From positions 1-48,024 of the forward strand of contig CAZEOJ010000002.1 of NCBI GenBank assembly GCA_964513825.1: a stretch of DNA of 48,024 nucleotides, in the 5' to 3' direction. Positions 24,401 through 39,400 of this stretch are shown in pieces. The first letter of the stretch is position 1, and the number at the start of each line of letters is the position of its first letter. The position numbers and the translations under genes were made by a program. The notes beneath the pieces are model-generated. The model searched no databases. It was not told where the DNA came from and worked only from the letters and a program-made list of their open reading frames with translations. This DNA is from an uncultured Bacteroidaceae bacterium. GTDB lineage: Bacteria; Bacteroidota; Bacteroidia; Bacteroidales; P3.

Positions 24401-27400
24401 ATGCGGTATTCGTGGGCGCCGTTGTCGGGCATCAAGGGTGTTTCCGACAGCCTCGAGGCTAAGACGGGCATCATCAAGGCCAATGTGGAATATGTGCTTA
24501 CGGGTACCAACATTCATGGTTGTATCCACAGGGATACCGTACTCGTTACCTGCAAGGGCGGTCCTCTGGGTATGGACGGCAAGATAGGGGCCGGTACGGT
24601 GGTTAAGCAGTACATCGAGATCTGCGAGAACGACAGCCTCTGCATCAGCGGCAAGCCGGTGGGCGGCAGCGAGATGTATCACCACGTTTGGACCGAGAAG
24701 CCTTTGGACAGCACGCCGGCCAACCCGTATTTCGCTACGGCCGACACCTCGGTTCTCTGCATGAAGAACAGTCCTGTGGGCACCACGGTCTACACGCTTA
24801 CCGTAGACGACGGGGTGGACACCGTATATAAGGAAATCACCGTCAAGGTTATCGGGCTTGTATTGAGCAGCGCCACCCTTACGGGCGACACCGTGCTCTG
24901 CACGCCTTCCGAATACTTTAATATAGGTGTCAAGCCCGACGAGACCGTGGAGGGTGTGGCCAACTATACGTGGTATGTGGAAGATACCGCCGCCAAGACG
25001 TTCAAGGCGGTACGGAACTTCGAGGGCAAGGCGGTCTACGCCGGCAGGGGCAATACGGTATACAACGGCGCGCGTCTGTTCTGCGCCGTGACCGTGGCCA
25101 ACAAGTGCCCGATTGTGAATCCCATCCATACCGATACCTTGGTATTGTGGCCCGACGGCACGCCCAAGTTCACCACCATCACGCGCGACACTTCGATATG
25201 TCCTGCCGATACGGTGGCTCTGTTTGCCACGGGTACGCGTGTGGATAGCCTGTTCTGGACGCCGCAGACGTTTGTGGTGGCCGGCGGCGATGCCAAGTCC
25301 GAAACCGATACGGTTTTGGTGGCGCCTACGTCCAACACCACCTATACGGTTACGTTGGTTTCGATAGAGGGTTGCACGGCTTCGAGAAACGTGAGGGTGA
25401 ACATCCATCCCACCACCAGCACCAAGGCCACGGCTTCGGATGTATATGCGTGCCTGAACGGTTCCACCCGCATCACCACGACCACAAGGGGCTACGACCT
25501 CACCTATATATGGGAGAAACGTGTAGGCGGCACGGGCGAATGGAAGCTGGCTTCCGAAAAGGCGCCCGCGGGCAAGTACGAGGGTCTCAACTCGGCCAAC
25601 CTCACCGTCAACTATGTGGAGAAGATTGAGGAGGGCGACCAGTATCGTCTGATTGCGGTGAGCAGCCGTTGTATGCCGTCCGATACCACCGCGCCCGTGA
25701 CGCTCCATGTGCTCGATTCGGTAATCTTCTCGATGACTTTGGTGGATACACCGCGTTGCGTCAACGATCCCGCCCGCATACGTCTGTATACCAATGTTTC
25801 GGCTTCGGCCCTCAAGGCGTTCAGCGTGGAACTCAACGGCGGCACGACCGGCAAGCGTACGTTCCAGACGCGCGACACGCTCTTTACGATACCCAATATC
25901 ACGCCGGGCGAAAAGGTTCAGGCCTTTATGACGCCCACGGGCTTGATTGCCTCGTGTGTGGAGGTGCTTCCCATACCTTCGGAAATCATAGATCTGGGTG
26001 TTCAACCTGCTCCTACGCTTTCCTACACCTATAACAACCCCGCCACCTGCGGTGGTGAGGAGGGCAGCATCACCCTCTCGGGCAACAAGGGTACGGCTCC
26101 CTACACCTATACGTTCAATGGTGTGGATAAGGGTACGCAGACCGTGTACAGCGGCTTGAGCGCGGGTATGTATTCGGCTCAGGTGGCCGACATCTACTCC
26201 TGCAAGAGCCAGCCCGTCTACATAAGCCTGCGCGACCCCAACGGTCCCGTGGCTCCCGCCGTCACCAATGCGGGTATGTATTGCGTTCAGGATACCTTGC
26301 CCGAATATCTCCTGCTCGACCCGAACACCAAGAAGGCCGAAATCCGCTGGTTCACCGATATACGGTGCACCAACCAGGTTCACACGGGCGATTCCATGCC
26401 GTTCCCCTCCATGCCGGGCGTGTACACCTACTATCTCTATCAGATCAAGAACAACTGCAAGAGTGCCACCACCAGGGTTTGGGTATTTGTGGGTGCGGCT
26501 CCGCAAATCACAAGCGTAGAGGCGATTGTGCCTTCGTCTTGCGGCGAGAGCGACGGTATCATAGGCATCCGCGCCAAGGGCGACACCACGCTTACCTATT
26601 CTATTGAGGATCCTGCCAACTACGGCAATTCGGCCGACTTTGTAGACCTGCCCAACGGCACCTATATATTAAGTGTGCTTTCGGCGGCGGGTTGCGTGAC
26701 GCGGGATACGCTCGAATTCTATGCGGACAATACGCCCGAGGGTCCGAAGATGATCAGCCGCGACACCATCTATTGCTATGATGCTCCGCGCAAGCCTCTC
26801 GAGGCCAAGCCTGCGGGTGGCGGCTTTATCGTCTGGTATCGCGATTACACCCTCACCACCGAGATGGGTCAGGGCGATACCTGCAATATCAGTTCGCTCG
26901 GTGTGGGCAAGAATACGATTTCGGCCACCGAAAGGGGCGGAGAGTGCGAAAGCAAGCCGGTACGTGTCAATGTGACCGTGCTGCCGAAGATCAACACGGG
27001 TGTTCCGGCCATCAACGAAGGCTGTCTCAATACCGATATCACCGTCAGGGCCCGCAAGGATGCCACTGTGGCCTACACATGGCTCAAGGGCGGTGTGGAA
27101 ATCGGCAAGGGCGACACGCTTGTGGTGGGTGTTACCGAAGAGACCGAGGTTTATACGGTTCATGCGGTCAAGAACACCAACGGTGTGGTCTGCGCCACCG
27201 ACTACGATTTCAAGGTCCGTCAGTCGACTTTCGTTCCCGTTATCGATACGTCGGTTTGTCAGGGCGACTCCATCGAGATTACCGTTCCCGGCGGTATCAA
27301 ATATCTGTGGCCCGACAGCAGCACGGCTTCCACCTATACCGTGCGTGCGGGCAACCCCAACAGCGTACAGGCGGTTCTGGTGAAAGTGGAACTCGAAGGC

Positions 27401-30400
27401 GGTTGCACGCGCAACTACAGGTTCAACATCACCACCGATGCCGATCCTTCGAGCTACGTAAGCATCGACAAGGACTTTACCTTCTACTGTGCCGGCGATG
27501 CCAAGGCCCTCAAGGCGGTATTGTCCAACACCTCGGTTCCCGTGAGCCTGCAATGGTTCAAGGATGGCGAGATGCTGGCCGGAGACACCACGGCTACGCT
27601 TAACATTCAGAACGATACGGTGGGTCTGAGCACCTATGTGGTACGTGCCGAAGCGCGCAACCGTTGCCCGCTGCCGCGTGTCACCTACGATACGTTGGTT
27701 CTGAGGACCTATGCCCTGCCCAAGGTGTATGCGGGCATGGATACGCTTGTGGACTATAACGAGAGCATCACGCTCGGCACCGACGCCACGGTTTCCGACG
27801 GTGTGTTGCCCTATGCCTATACGTGGGTCAAGAAGGGCGAGACCACGCCTATCAACACCAGCAGCACGGTTCTCACCACCGCTTCGCCGCGTCTTGTCAA
27901 TACCACCGTCTTTGAACTCAAGGTTGTGGATTCGGTGGGTTGCGGGGCCAAGGACGAAGTGAAAGTGACCGTTGTGGGTGGCCCGTTCTCGTTGGATTCG
28001 ATCCGTCCGTTCGATATCACGCTCGACGAATATGCGGAGATTATCTGCGTGGGCGACAGCGTAAGCTTCGAGGCGCTTCCCGAGGGCGGCAGCGGCAAGT
28101 ATGAATATGTTTGGGAAATGCCTGTAGGCACTGTGGTAAGCAATAAGGACCAGATCCGCTTCCTGCCCGCCAGCACCACGCAGTGCAAGGTAACGGTGAT
28201 CAACCTTACCAAAGGCACGCCTATGGCTTCCGACACTTTGGTCCGCTATCCGCGCGTGGTGGTTCATCAGCGTGCCGTGGCGGGTACCGTCACCACGCCC
28301 GACACCACGATGTGTCCCGATTCCTCTTTCCGTCTCACGCTCCGCAGCTATTCGGGCGACCGCATCCAGTGGCAGCGTTCTGTCGACGGCACAACGTGGA
28401 GCACGCTGGTGGGCAGCACGGCTTCCATCACCATTTCGGGCGCCGCCAAGACCAACTACTACCGTGCTTTGGTGGGCAACGGAGTTTGTCCCGACGTGGC
28501 TTCGCCCGATTTGAAGGTTCTGGTTTACACTTCGCCTCTCGATACGATTGCCGGCCCGGCCGATACCCTCTGTCCCGAAACGGAAGGTGTGGCCTTGACG
28601 GGCAACCTGGTTACCGAGGGCGGCAACGGGGTCTACACCTATAAGTGGGAATACAGCCTTGACGGCGAGAAGTATCTGACTTGCCCCAACGAGGCCGACG
28701 GTGTCAACTACACCTGGACCAACCGCATCGATACCACGCGCTACTTCCGCAGGATGGTGTACAGCGACGGTTGTCCGTTCATCAGCAACGTCCACAAAGT
28801 GGATGTATATGACGAAATCGGCACGTCCATCACCATAAAGAAGGATTTTGACCTCTATTGCACCGCCGACCCGCAGCAGCTCAAGGTGAGTCTGTCTAAC
28901 CCCGACGTTCCCGTCACCTTGCAGTGGTTCAGGAACGGTGTGGCCATCGACAGCGCCACCGAGGCCGTTCTGACGATTCACGATACCGTTCCCGGCACCT
29001 ATACCTATAGGGTAGAGGCTGTGGCTTTCGAAAATCATTGTCCTCCCACGCGTTACTCGTCCGACTCGGTAACCTTGACGGCCTATCCGTCGCTTGTGGT
29101 ATACGCCGGTGTGGACGACAGCGTACAATATGGCGAGCGTGTCATTCTGGGTATGGAAGCCTGGGTGAAGAGCGGCACCGAACCCTATGCCTATTCGTGG
29201 GTGAAGAGCGGCACCAACAACGCGCTCAATGCCGATAAGACGCAGCTTATCATGCAGACTTCGCGTCTCACCTATACCACGGTATTCGACCTCAAGGTGA
29301 AGGATGCCAGGGGTTGTACGGCACAGGACGACGTGAAGGTGAAGGTGTTGGGCGGTCCGTTCCGTCTGGACAGCATCCGGCCTTTCGACATCACGTTGAA
29401 CGACTACCGCGACACGATCTGTGTGGGCGACAGCGTAAGCTTTACGGCACAGCCCGAAGGTGGCAGCGGTGTCTACAGGTATATCTGGGAAATTGAGGGC
29501 GAAGTGGTGAGAGACAAGCCCGAAATCCGTTTGCTGCCTCTGCAAAGCACGTTCTGCAAGGTTACGGTGATCAACGTGACCGAGGGTGTTGCTGTGGCTT
29601 CCGACACCTTGGTACGCTACCCGCATGTGATTGTTCACCAACGTGCCGTTCCGGGCTATATCACCACGCCCGACACCACGATGTGTCCCGATACGTCGTT
29701 CAAGCTTAAGCTCCACGAATACTCTGGCAACCGCATTCAGTGGCAGCGTTCCGTAAATGGTGTGGTTTGGAGCGCGCTCAACGGCACGGCCGACAGCATT
29801 TCCGTTCCCGGCACCAAGAATACCTACCTCTATCGTGCCTTGGTGGGCAGCGGCGTTTGTCCCGACGTGGCCACGCCTCAGCTCAAGGTGAGCGTCTACA
29901 CGCCTCCCGTCAATACGGTGAGCGGTCCTACCGAAACGCTTTGTCCCGAGGTGGACAGCGTGATGCTGGAGGGTAACACCGTTACTTCGGGCGGCAACGG
30001 CACCTATACCTACAGTTGGGAATACAGCACCAACGGCGGCAGCTATAAGGTTTGTCCCGATGAGCCCGCAGGCGAGGATTACCTCTGGCGCAACTGCATC
30101 GATTCCACGCGTCGTTTCCGTCGGGTGGTCTACAGCGACGGTTGCCCGTACTACAGCAACGTATATACGGTGAAGGTCTACACCGGCACCCGCATCGGCC
30201 GCATCCTCGGCGAGAACTACGTTTGCTTCGACTCCATATTCAGCCTTTCGGTCACCCCCACCGATATGGATAGCTATCAATGGCAGAGGGCGGTTCATCC
30301 CGACTCGGCTTTTGAGAACGTGGGCGACGGCACTTTCGGCTACACTTCCGATCCCGCCAAGAGAACCTATTTCTATCGCGTCATCGGTCAGAAGTATGGT

Positions 30401-33400
30401 TGCGAGCCCGATACCACCGACCTGTTCGAGATTTCGCCCACCACGCCGCGTGAGGTTACCGTTCATATCAGCGTCGACACGATGGCCACCTGTGTGGATA
30501 ACTTCCTCACCTTTACCGTCGATTCCACGCTCAACGCGGGCAACGCTCCCACCTTCTACTGGTATGTGAACGGCAAGGTTCTCAAGACGCCGGTAATGAA
30601 GGGCAGCGAAACGTTGGCCTATACCGAAAATGGAGGCAAGGTTCTGCGTATCAGTACGCTCCGTCCCGGCGACAGTGTTTGGGCCGGCTTGGCTTCGTCT
30701 ATCGGCTGCGTCACCACGCGTCTGGCTTTGAGCGATACCATTAAGCCTACCGTCTACTTGCCCGAGGCGCACTTTGTTTCGCCTTTGGCCGACTCGGTAT
30801 TCTGCCGCAGGGATACGGTGGTGCTCCATGCCGAGGGCGGTGTGAAGTACAGCTGGTTCTATCGTGTGGATACCGACAGCGTGACCAGGGTTCTCGACAC
30901 CACCAACACCAACAAGGTAAAGGTAAGTCCCACCGAACCTACCGTTTACGCCTTCTACGGAATAGACCGTCACAACTGCTTCTTCAGCGACAGTCTGAAG
31001 CTTTCGCCTGAACCTACGGTAACGGCTTCGCCCGACACCTTGATCTGCCACGGCTCGACCATCGCGTTGCAGATAAGCGTTCAACCGAACCGCGGCAATA
31101 CCTATCAATGGACCGAAACGGCCGTTCATTCCGGCACCCCGGCTACCCTGAATGCCCGCGAGGCCACCACGGCCACGGTGCGTGTAAAACCCGAAGATTC
31201 GCTCACCTACTATATCTATTCGGTATACACCCTGCGTGGATGCACCTACACCGACACCATCCGCGTGGAGACCGAAACCACCACGATGCCGTCGTTCGTG
31301 ATCGACTACAACGGCTATAAGAGCGGCGACACCGTCAACATTGTGGAATGTAGCAAGCAAGAACATTTCTTTGTTCCCGACAGCATTATGAGCGGTGGCG
31401 ACAAACCTACGTTCAAGTGGTACTTCAACAACTATGTGGCCGGTAAGGATTCGTTGTTCAGCGACAGTTATGCGGGTATGCTCGACCGTTCGACCGTATA
31501 CGCCGAGATGACTTCGTCGAAGAAGTGTGTTTCGGAGCGTACCGTCAAGAGCAACTCTCTCTATGTTCGCTACACCAAGATGCCCGATGCGGATGTCAAC
31601 ATCAACAGCAACAAGGGCTTGCAGGTATGTCCCGACGAAGAGGTGGTAATCTTCCAGGCGCATACGCCTTCTTACGACTCCGGCACCTACGTATGGTTTG
31701 TGAAACGTGTGGACAGCGGTGCCAACGCACGCTTCGAGAACGTTCATACGGGCGACTCCCTGGTAGGCAATTTTGCCGCGGGCGATCAGGTATATTGCGT
31801 TTACTTTGCCAACGACACCTGTATCAAGGGCTCTCCCAAGCAAAGTAACACCCTGACGTTCCAGACCTATCCGCTGCATAGGCCCAAGGTTACCATCACG
31901 CAGATTATCAACGAATATCCTGCATGGGGCGACACCATCTGCGAATATGCGCCGGTTACTTTCGTGGCGGCCATCGAAGACGCGGGCAAGGATTATGCCT
32001 TTACGTGGATGCTCGACGGCACCATCATCGGCACACCCAATACCTTGCGCATCGCCTACGACGAGTTGCAGGCCAACAGCGATACGGCGGTGAATATGCG
32101 CAACTTGGTGGCTCGGTTGGAGACCAAGCACCAGTGCGCTTCGCCCGGCAATGTGGTGGAGGCGAACGACACTATCTACGTGCGTCCGCGCAAGCACTTC
32201 AGCGCCTATATCGAACAGGAAGGAACGCTTGATTGTCAAAGTATTACCGAGGAACTTGTACGCTTTACGCAGGTTATTTCGCCCCACTACGTATATCGCG
32301 ACGGCTATCTGGCCACCGTTTGCAACGGCAGCTATACGAGCGACTGGACGAACAGTGCCGCCGTTTCGCAGCAGGTTATCTCCGGCGGCAACGGTGTGGT
32401 GAAAGCCACGGCGGCCCATGCTTCCTACTATCAGATGTTCGGTCTCACCTCCAAGGAGAGCATGGTGAACTACGGCGACATCGACTATGCGATTTACCTG
32501 AATGCGGGCACCGTACAGGTTTACGAGAAGGGTACCAACAAGGGTTCGTTCGGCAGATATGTGGCCGGCGATGTGTTCGAAGTGGAAGTGCTCGACAACA
32601 ATGTCCGCTATATCAAGAACGGCACGGTATTCTACACGTCGACGGTTCCGGCCACGGCCTTTGTATATCGTGGCGGCTATGCCCTCCGTACGCATTGGTG
32701 TCCCAACACGCCCGAATCCTCGCATCATCAGGATCCCAAGCTGCTCGATATCCGCATCGTTTACCATAAGAGCGGCGTGGTGTTCAATTCGCGGATTGTG
32801 GCTCCTCCCGTCAACAAGCCCACCTATACGTGGTATGTGAACGGCAAGCCGTTTGAATTCGGCAACGGCGAGGCTTCGCTCGTTGAGCACAATTACGCTT
32901 TCGAGGATGGCGATGTGGTGAAACTCTTTGCCAAGACCAACGACTATTGTGTAGATGTTCCGTCGGCCATGTCGCAAGAGATTATGGTTCGTGTACCTGT
33001 TGCCAAGGATTTCCTGCGGACGGTGGCCGATACCGTATTTGTATGCCGTGGCGACAGCGCCACCATCGGAGCTACGGGTGCGGAGACCTATATGTGGGAG
33101 CCGGTACGCTACTTCTCGCAGGCACAGAGCCGCGACAGCAGCATCCACTACCTGCCTCTCGAAACGGCTTCGTATCGCGTTTACGGCACCGTCAACACCA
33201 ACTGCACCGACTTTAAGCGTGTGGATGTGATTGTGAACGAGTTGCCCAAGCCCGATCTCGGCAAGGACATCAACGTTTGCTATCCCGATACGGTTTACCT
33301 GAGCATCAACAAGGGTGCCGTGCCCGATACCACCACCGACCGCATCTACCACACGGCGTGGACGTTCATTCCCGACAAGGGCGAGGCCTACAACCCCGTT

Positions 33401-36400
33401 TCCACGCACGAGAACGCCATCGACTACGCGTTGCTCTCCACGGGCCGCATGGTGGCCGCCATGTCGAATGTATCCAGCGGCTGTACGGTAACCGACACCA
33501 TGGTCATCAACGTACTCGATACCCTCGGCATCGTGGTGACGCACACCGCGCGTGTATTGCCCAAATACTCCTGCCCGGGTGCCCGCGACACGCTTTCGTT
33601 CAGCTACATGCAGAACGAGAACCATCCCGTTACCTTGGCTTGGTACAAGAACGGCAGATTGTTGAGAAGTTCCAATAACGCCAACGATACGGTTCTTATA
33701 ACCAACGACTTTGTAGATCTCGACACCATCTATGCCGTGGTTTCCCTGCCGTTTGAATGCGGTCTGGAACGCGCCAAAGACACGGCCTTGTTCCCCTTGC
33801 GCCGTCACGTCAAGCCTGTGGCTTCGATAGTGGTGAGCGAAGACACCCTCTGTGCCGGCGACACGTTGGGCGTGGCCGTGAAAGTGGTGGATAATCCCGA
33901 TGATACGGTGGTTTACTCCTATCGTTGGTATATCAACAACAAGGCGGTGGCTCTGACCGATACGCCGTCCATCCGTCTGGAAGACTATGTAAGCGACGGC
34001 ACGTTCTACTATAACGTATTCTGCTATGTGAGAAGGGCGTTGGAGTGCGGCTTCGACAGCGTCAAGAGCGCCGACACCACTATTCTGATAATGCCTATCG
34101 ATACCATCGCCGTCCGCATCGATCCCGAGGTGGTTACGGGTTGCGTATATCCCGACGGCAGAGTGTTCATGCATGCCGACCTTGTGGTGGAGGGCCGTCA
34201 TCCTGTCTTCGACAAGGCGTTGCCTGCCATAACTTGGTATCTTGACGATACGGTGGTTTCCGGCCTCAACGGCACGGCGTTCGACCACCTTGTGGCCTCC
34301 ATGGATACAAGTGCTGCGCATACGCTTGCGGTGAAAGCTGTGAGCAGCTATAAGTGCGTGGCTGTCAATACGGTATTCGACACAGCCGATATCGACTTCT
34401 TTGCGGTTTACGCCGATGCGGGTCCCGACACGTCCATCGAGTCGAACAAGAACGTAACCTTGTTCCACGACAGCGTCCGCGGCGACAGGATTCAATGGAC
34501 CACGGGCGGCGACGGCTACTTCACCAACGCGACAGTGCTGCATCCTACCTATATCCTCGGCACGCAAGACCGCAAGTCGGACAGCATTATCCTCTATCTG
34601 CACGTTTCGAGCCGCTTCGGTTGCGACACCAGAGACAGCATGGTTATCCGTCTTACCCGTTGCGCGGCCTATGCGTTGGCCAAACGCAGCTCCGACCAGA
34701 CTATCTGCCACGATGATACGCTCTTTATCGAGAACAAGGTGGTTGCCATTTCCACGGCCATCGGTTCCGATATTCCGCACATCCTCTATACTTTGACGGC
34801 ACAGCCTTCGGGCCGCTACCCGCTCGATACCCTGGCCGTGGTTGAGGACAGCACCAACGCTTTCCGCTGGAAGGGTGTGGTGGATACTTCGCGCAAGTAT
34901 CTGTTGCACGCGGAAATCCTCAACACCTTCTGCCACTACTACGACAGCACCCGGGTGACGGTATTGCCGCTCAACACGATTTCGGTGAAACTGAACCAGC
35001 CCGACAGCACGAAGTGCACGGTAGGGGCTCTCAAGCAGGCCGAATGGACCTCGCTCAACAGCATGCACTGGAGCGTCGGCGACGGTGTGGCCCGTCACAT
35101 TCACTGCAACAACTATCCTTACGCGCCTACTTCGGCCTATGGCTTGGCCAACAGCACGATGCGTTATGTGGCCACGGGCAAGGAACTGGCGGTTCTCGTC
35201 GGCTTCAACTACGAGAACGACCGCAACACGGCGCTCGACTACGCTTTCTACCTCACCAACGGTTCGTTTACCATCTACCACGAGGGTAACCCCGTCACCT
35301 ACAGTGCGGTGGGCAGTTACAAGGTGGGCGATGTGTTCACGATTGTACGCGACCACAAGCAGGTGATCTTCTATGTGGACCAGAACGGCACGCACCGTGA
35401 GGTTTACCGTATGGACGAACCTGCCTACGGCCACGGCCTCAAGGTGAACTACGCGGCGGCTTCGTTCCGCTCGGGCGATGTGATCAACCCGATCATGTAC
35501 GGCAGCACCACGGCGGCCAAGGTATTTGCGGAAGTGCAGTACGGTCCCGTAAGCGGCAATGTATCCTATGTATGGAAAGTGGGTGACAAGGTGATCAGCA
35601 CCGCCTCTACCTTCGACTACGAGAAGGTGAACCTGCAGTCGGGCGATACGGTGACGGTCCGTGCTATGGGTGTGAACCGCTGTGATACCCTTTACGCCTA
35701 CGACACTTTGATTGTGGACGGACCGGCCTCTCCCAACGCGCCTTTCTTCCTCGCCCTTACCCGCGACAGTGCCGCGCAATGCGAAGGCGAAGGCTTTACG
35801 CTCACGGCCCACGCCTACAACCTCGAGAATGTGGCCGACGGCTCGCTCACGGCTTCCGACCTGCGCTACAACTGGTATCTGAACGGCACACTCGTCAAGG
35901 GCAACACGGCCGCCAATACATATCTCTACAACAACTTGAAGAACGGCGACTACGCGCATGTAGAGGCTGTTCTGCCCGCCACCGCCTGTGCACTCTACCG
36001 CGAGGGCAATCCCACCTTGAGCCATCGTCTGTACTTCAGCCTCAAGGAAAACCGCAAGCTCGACTTCGACATGTATCTGGCGCGTGCCAAGGATACCGCG
36101 GTTTGCCCGAATACGGCCGTCACCTTCAACACCAAGGTGGTGAACGGCGGCGGATACACGATAGATTGGTATGTAAACGGCCGTCTTGCCGCCGCCGGCA
36201 ACAGCTATACCGTTACGCCCGACAGCTCGTTTGACGTATACGCTGTGGTTCATCCCAACAGCACCGGCTATTGCCTCGACAGCACCGGCAACGTTTCCAA
36301 GACCATCAAGGTAAGGTTGCTCGAAGTGCCTCGGGTAAGAGCCTGGGCCGACACCGAGGTTGTGGCGGGCAGCAAGGTGATGCTGCACGGCGAGTTGCTG

Positions 36401-39400
36401 CGCGAGACTGACAAGCCCACCTCCGTACAGTGGACCTCCACGCAGGGCACGGTTCCCGGCCGCAACAGCCTCAACCCCACGATAACGGCCAACACCACCA
36501 CGTTCTACTTCCTGACGGCCTACAGCGCCTACGGTTGCGCGTCGAACACCGACACCGTGGAAGTGGATGTATATGAATGTCCTACCTTGCGCAACTACAG
36601 CGTTCCCGATATGGTCTGCGACGGCGACAGCGCCCTGCTGCGTGTGGATATGGCGGGCTACAAGCCGAGTTCGAACCGCTACCTGTGGCAGATAAGCGCC
36701 GACGGCGGCACCACTTGGGCCGAGGTGAGCGGCAGCCGCTATACGGTTACCAACGACCGCACGGGAAGCACGTTGAAGGTCAAGCCGGCCAATTTCGACC
36801 TCGACGCGAGCAATAATGTACGTTTCCGCGCCGTCATCAGCGCCGACACGTCGCGCTCCAACCTGTGCAACACGGTCTACACGCCCAAGCTTTCGCTCAA
36901 TGTAGACAAGGCGCATCTCGTTCCTCCCACCATCGACCTGTTGGGCGAGAGTGATTTCTGCACCACCGACTGTCATGTATATCCTGTATACGAGGCCAAG
37001 CTCAGCGAGGGTTACGAAGTGGCCTGGAAGCTGAACGGCAGCGGCGTGCTCGAATGGGACGGCAACGACCACAAGCGTAGTTATACCGTTCACAACGGCG
37101 ACAAGGTAATCGGTGTGCTCTATGGCAACAGCGTCTGTGTCAACAGAATGAACATCAGCGACACGATTACGGTACGCTTCCACCGTCCGGTCAAGGTGAA
37201 GGCTTGGTCCGACACCATGATCCGCAAGAACGACGCGGCCATGCTGCATGCGTCGGCTACCGAGGGCACGGGCCGCATCACCTACAAGTGGACGGATGCT
37301 TCGTTTGTAGTCGATGACACGAAGGCCGAGACCCAGACCAAGTCTATTTCGGCCACCCGCATCTTCACCGTCACGGCCACCGACAGCCTCGGTTGCATCG
37401 GCACGGGCAAGGTATTGGTGAAGGTGAACGACACCTGCATCACCAATGTGAAGCTGCAAGGTCCCGAGAGCGTCTGCGTCAACGAGACGGCCACGTTCCA
37501 GGGTCTGATAACGGGCGACAGGGCCTTCGGCACGCCTCAGAGCGAATGGACGGTTAACCCGCCGCTGTTGAGCAACGACGGCAGCATCATCGTGCCCAAC
37601 CCCAACTCGGCCCGCATGGATATCGCCGACGCACAGCCCGGCACTTATACCGTCAAGTTCACCGTCACCGACACGCTGGAGCAGACCAAGAAATACTGCA
37701 ACCCGGACGGCATCGTGATGAGCGACAGCCTCATCTTCACGATAAACGCGCCCGACACGCTGAGCCTGCGCATCGACACGTTGCAGACACGTTCCTACTG
37801 CGAGAACGACAAGGCGGTGATCCGCGCCCAGGCCCGCGTCAACGGCAACCTGCCCGCCGCCGGCGAACTGCTGGTACGCTGGTACCGCATCCGCAACAAC
37901 TACACCACCTACAGGGGCAGCGGCGACAGCATCATCGAGAACAACCTGTTCGATGGCGACCGCTTCTATGCCGTGGCTTCGTTCGCCGACAACAACTGTG
38001 TGATAAGCAACAGTGTATATAGCGACACCGCCACCTTCCGCGTGGGCGAGAAGCCCGAACCGCTGCAGGCGCAGCAGGTGGTTGCCCACAACCATATCTC
38101 GTGCGTGCCCGACGATTCCACCTATATCGTCATCAACCCGAGCGCCAGCCAGCTTGCCTACAACCTGCTCTATACCATAGACAGCGGACGCACCTGGCAT
38201 ACCGATTCCGTCTTCGGCAACCTGGCCGAAGGCCACTACTACGTGGGTGTGAAGGCCGACGACGGTTGCTCGACCGACAAGATGGTGTCTGTCTATATCC
38301 AGAACCAGCCCGACTACGAATTCGATACGCTCTCGTTCCGCATCGATACTATCTACGCCTGCAACGGCAAGATAGACCTCTTCCCGTCGCAGCGTGCCGA
38401 CAGCGCTTCGGGTCTGGGCTACATCGAATGGTTTGAGGATTCGGCCAGGACCAAGCTCCTCAAGCGCAGTCCCGAATACGCCAAGAGCCACACCTATGTG
38501 CCCGAGCGTCGCTTCCTCGACTCCGTAGGCGTCTACGAGTTCTGGGCCGCTGAATCGGCGGGTCTCTGCAAGGGTACGCCCAGCAAGTTCGTCTACATCG
38601 TTTCGAGCTGCGATGCCGAACTCACGCCCAAGCGCGACACCATCTGCTCCGACGATACGGTGCTCTACAGCCTCGTCATCGACAGCATCTCGCTGCGCAA
38701 CGCCGGCGGTTGGCTCTTCCAGTACAGTGCCGACGGCAAGTTCGCGCCCGCCACCACGGAGAACATCTCCACGGGCGACACGCTGGCCATGACGTTCCGC
38801 GACAACCGCGCGGGCAGCTACCGTGTGGCCTACATCACGCCCAACCAAGACACCCTCTATCACGAAGCCTCCACCTTGTGGGTGGGCACCTACGCCGACC
38901 CGGCCAAGTATATCTCGTTGGCTTATCCCAAGACGAAGGCCATCGATATGTGCCCCGGCGAGACCGCCACCTTTACGTTCTATGATAAGGACAGGATGTT
39001 TGAGGTGTTCTGGCCCGGCGATACGGCAGGTTCCACCTACCATTCCACCTATGAGGTAACTTTGGACAGCACCGCCGCCGTATACGTGCGTCTGCGCAGT
39101 CTCCTGGGCGGTTGCGAGAGTGATACGACTGTGGAAGTGATTGTCCGTCAGCGCACGACCATCGCCCTCAGCAGCTACGATACCACGGTATGCTACGAGC
39201 CCGACACCTACCTGTATTTCCCGCAGGTTCTGGATACGGGCAACGTATTCTACATCACCTACGAATGGGCCAAGGTAGGCGGCACCGACATGGGTTCGGG
39301 TCCGTTCCTCGTACAGAACACCCGCTTTGAGGTAGAGCCCGACACCAACTACTATGTGGCTACGGCCTCCACCGGCTATGCCGAATGTCCTTCGCGTCCC

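Noticed and set aside
22631-26506. 1,291-aa minus-strand ORF
   Set aside because: It has the same frame relationship and the same Arg/Gly/His-rich composition as the 7,054-aa ORF. It is separated from that ORF only by a few sense TTA/CTA/TCA codons. It is an antisense shadow of the giant + strand gene.
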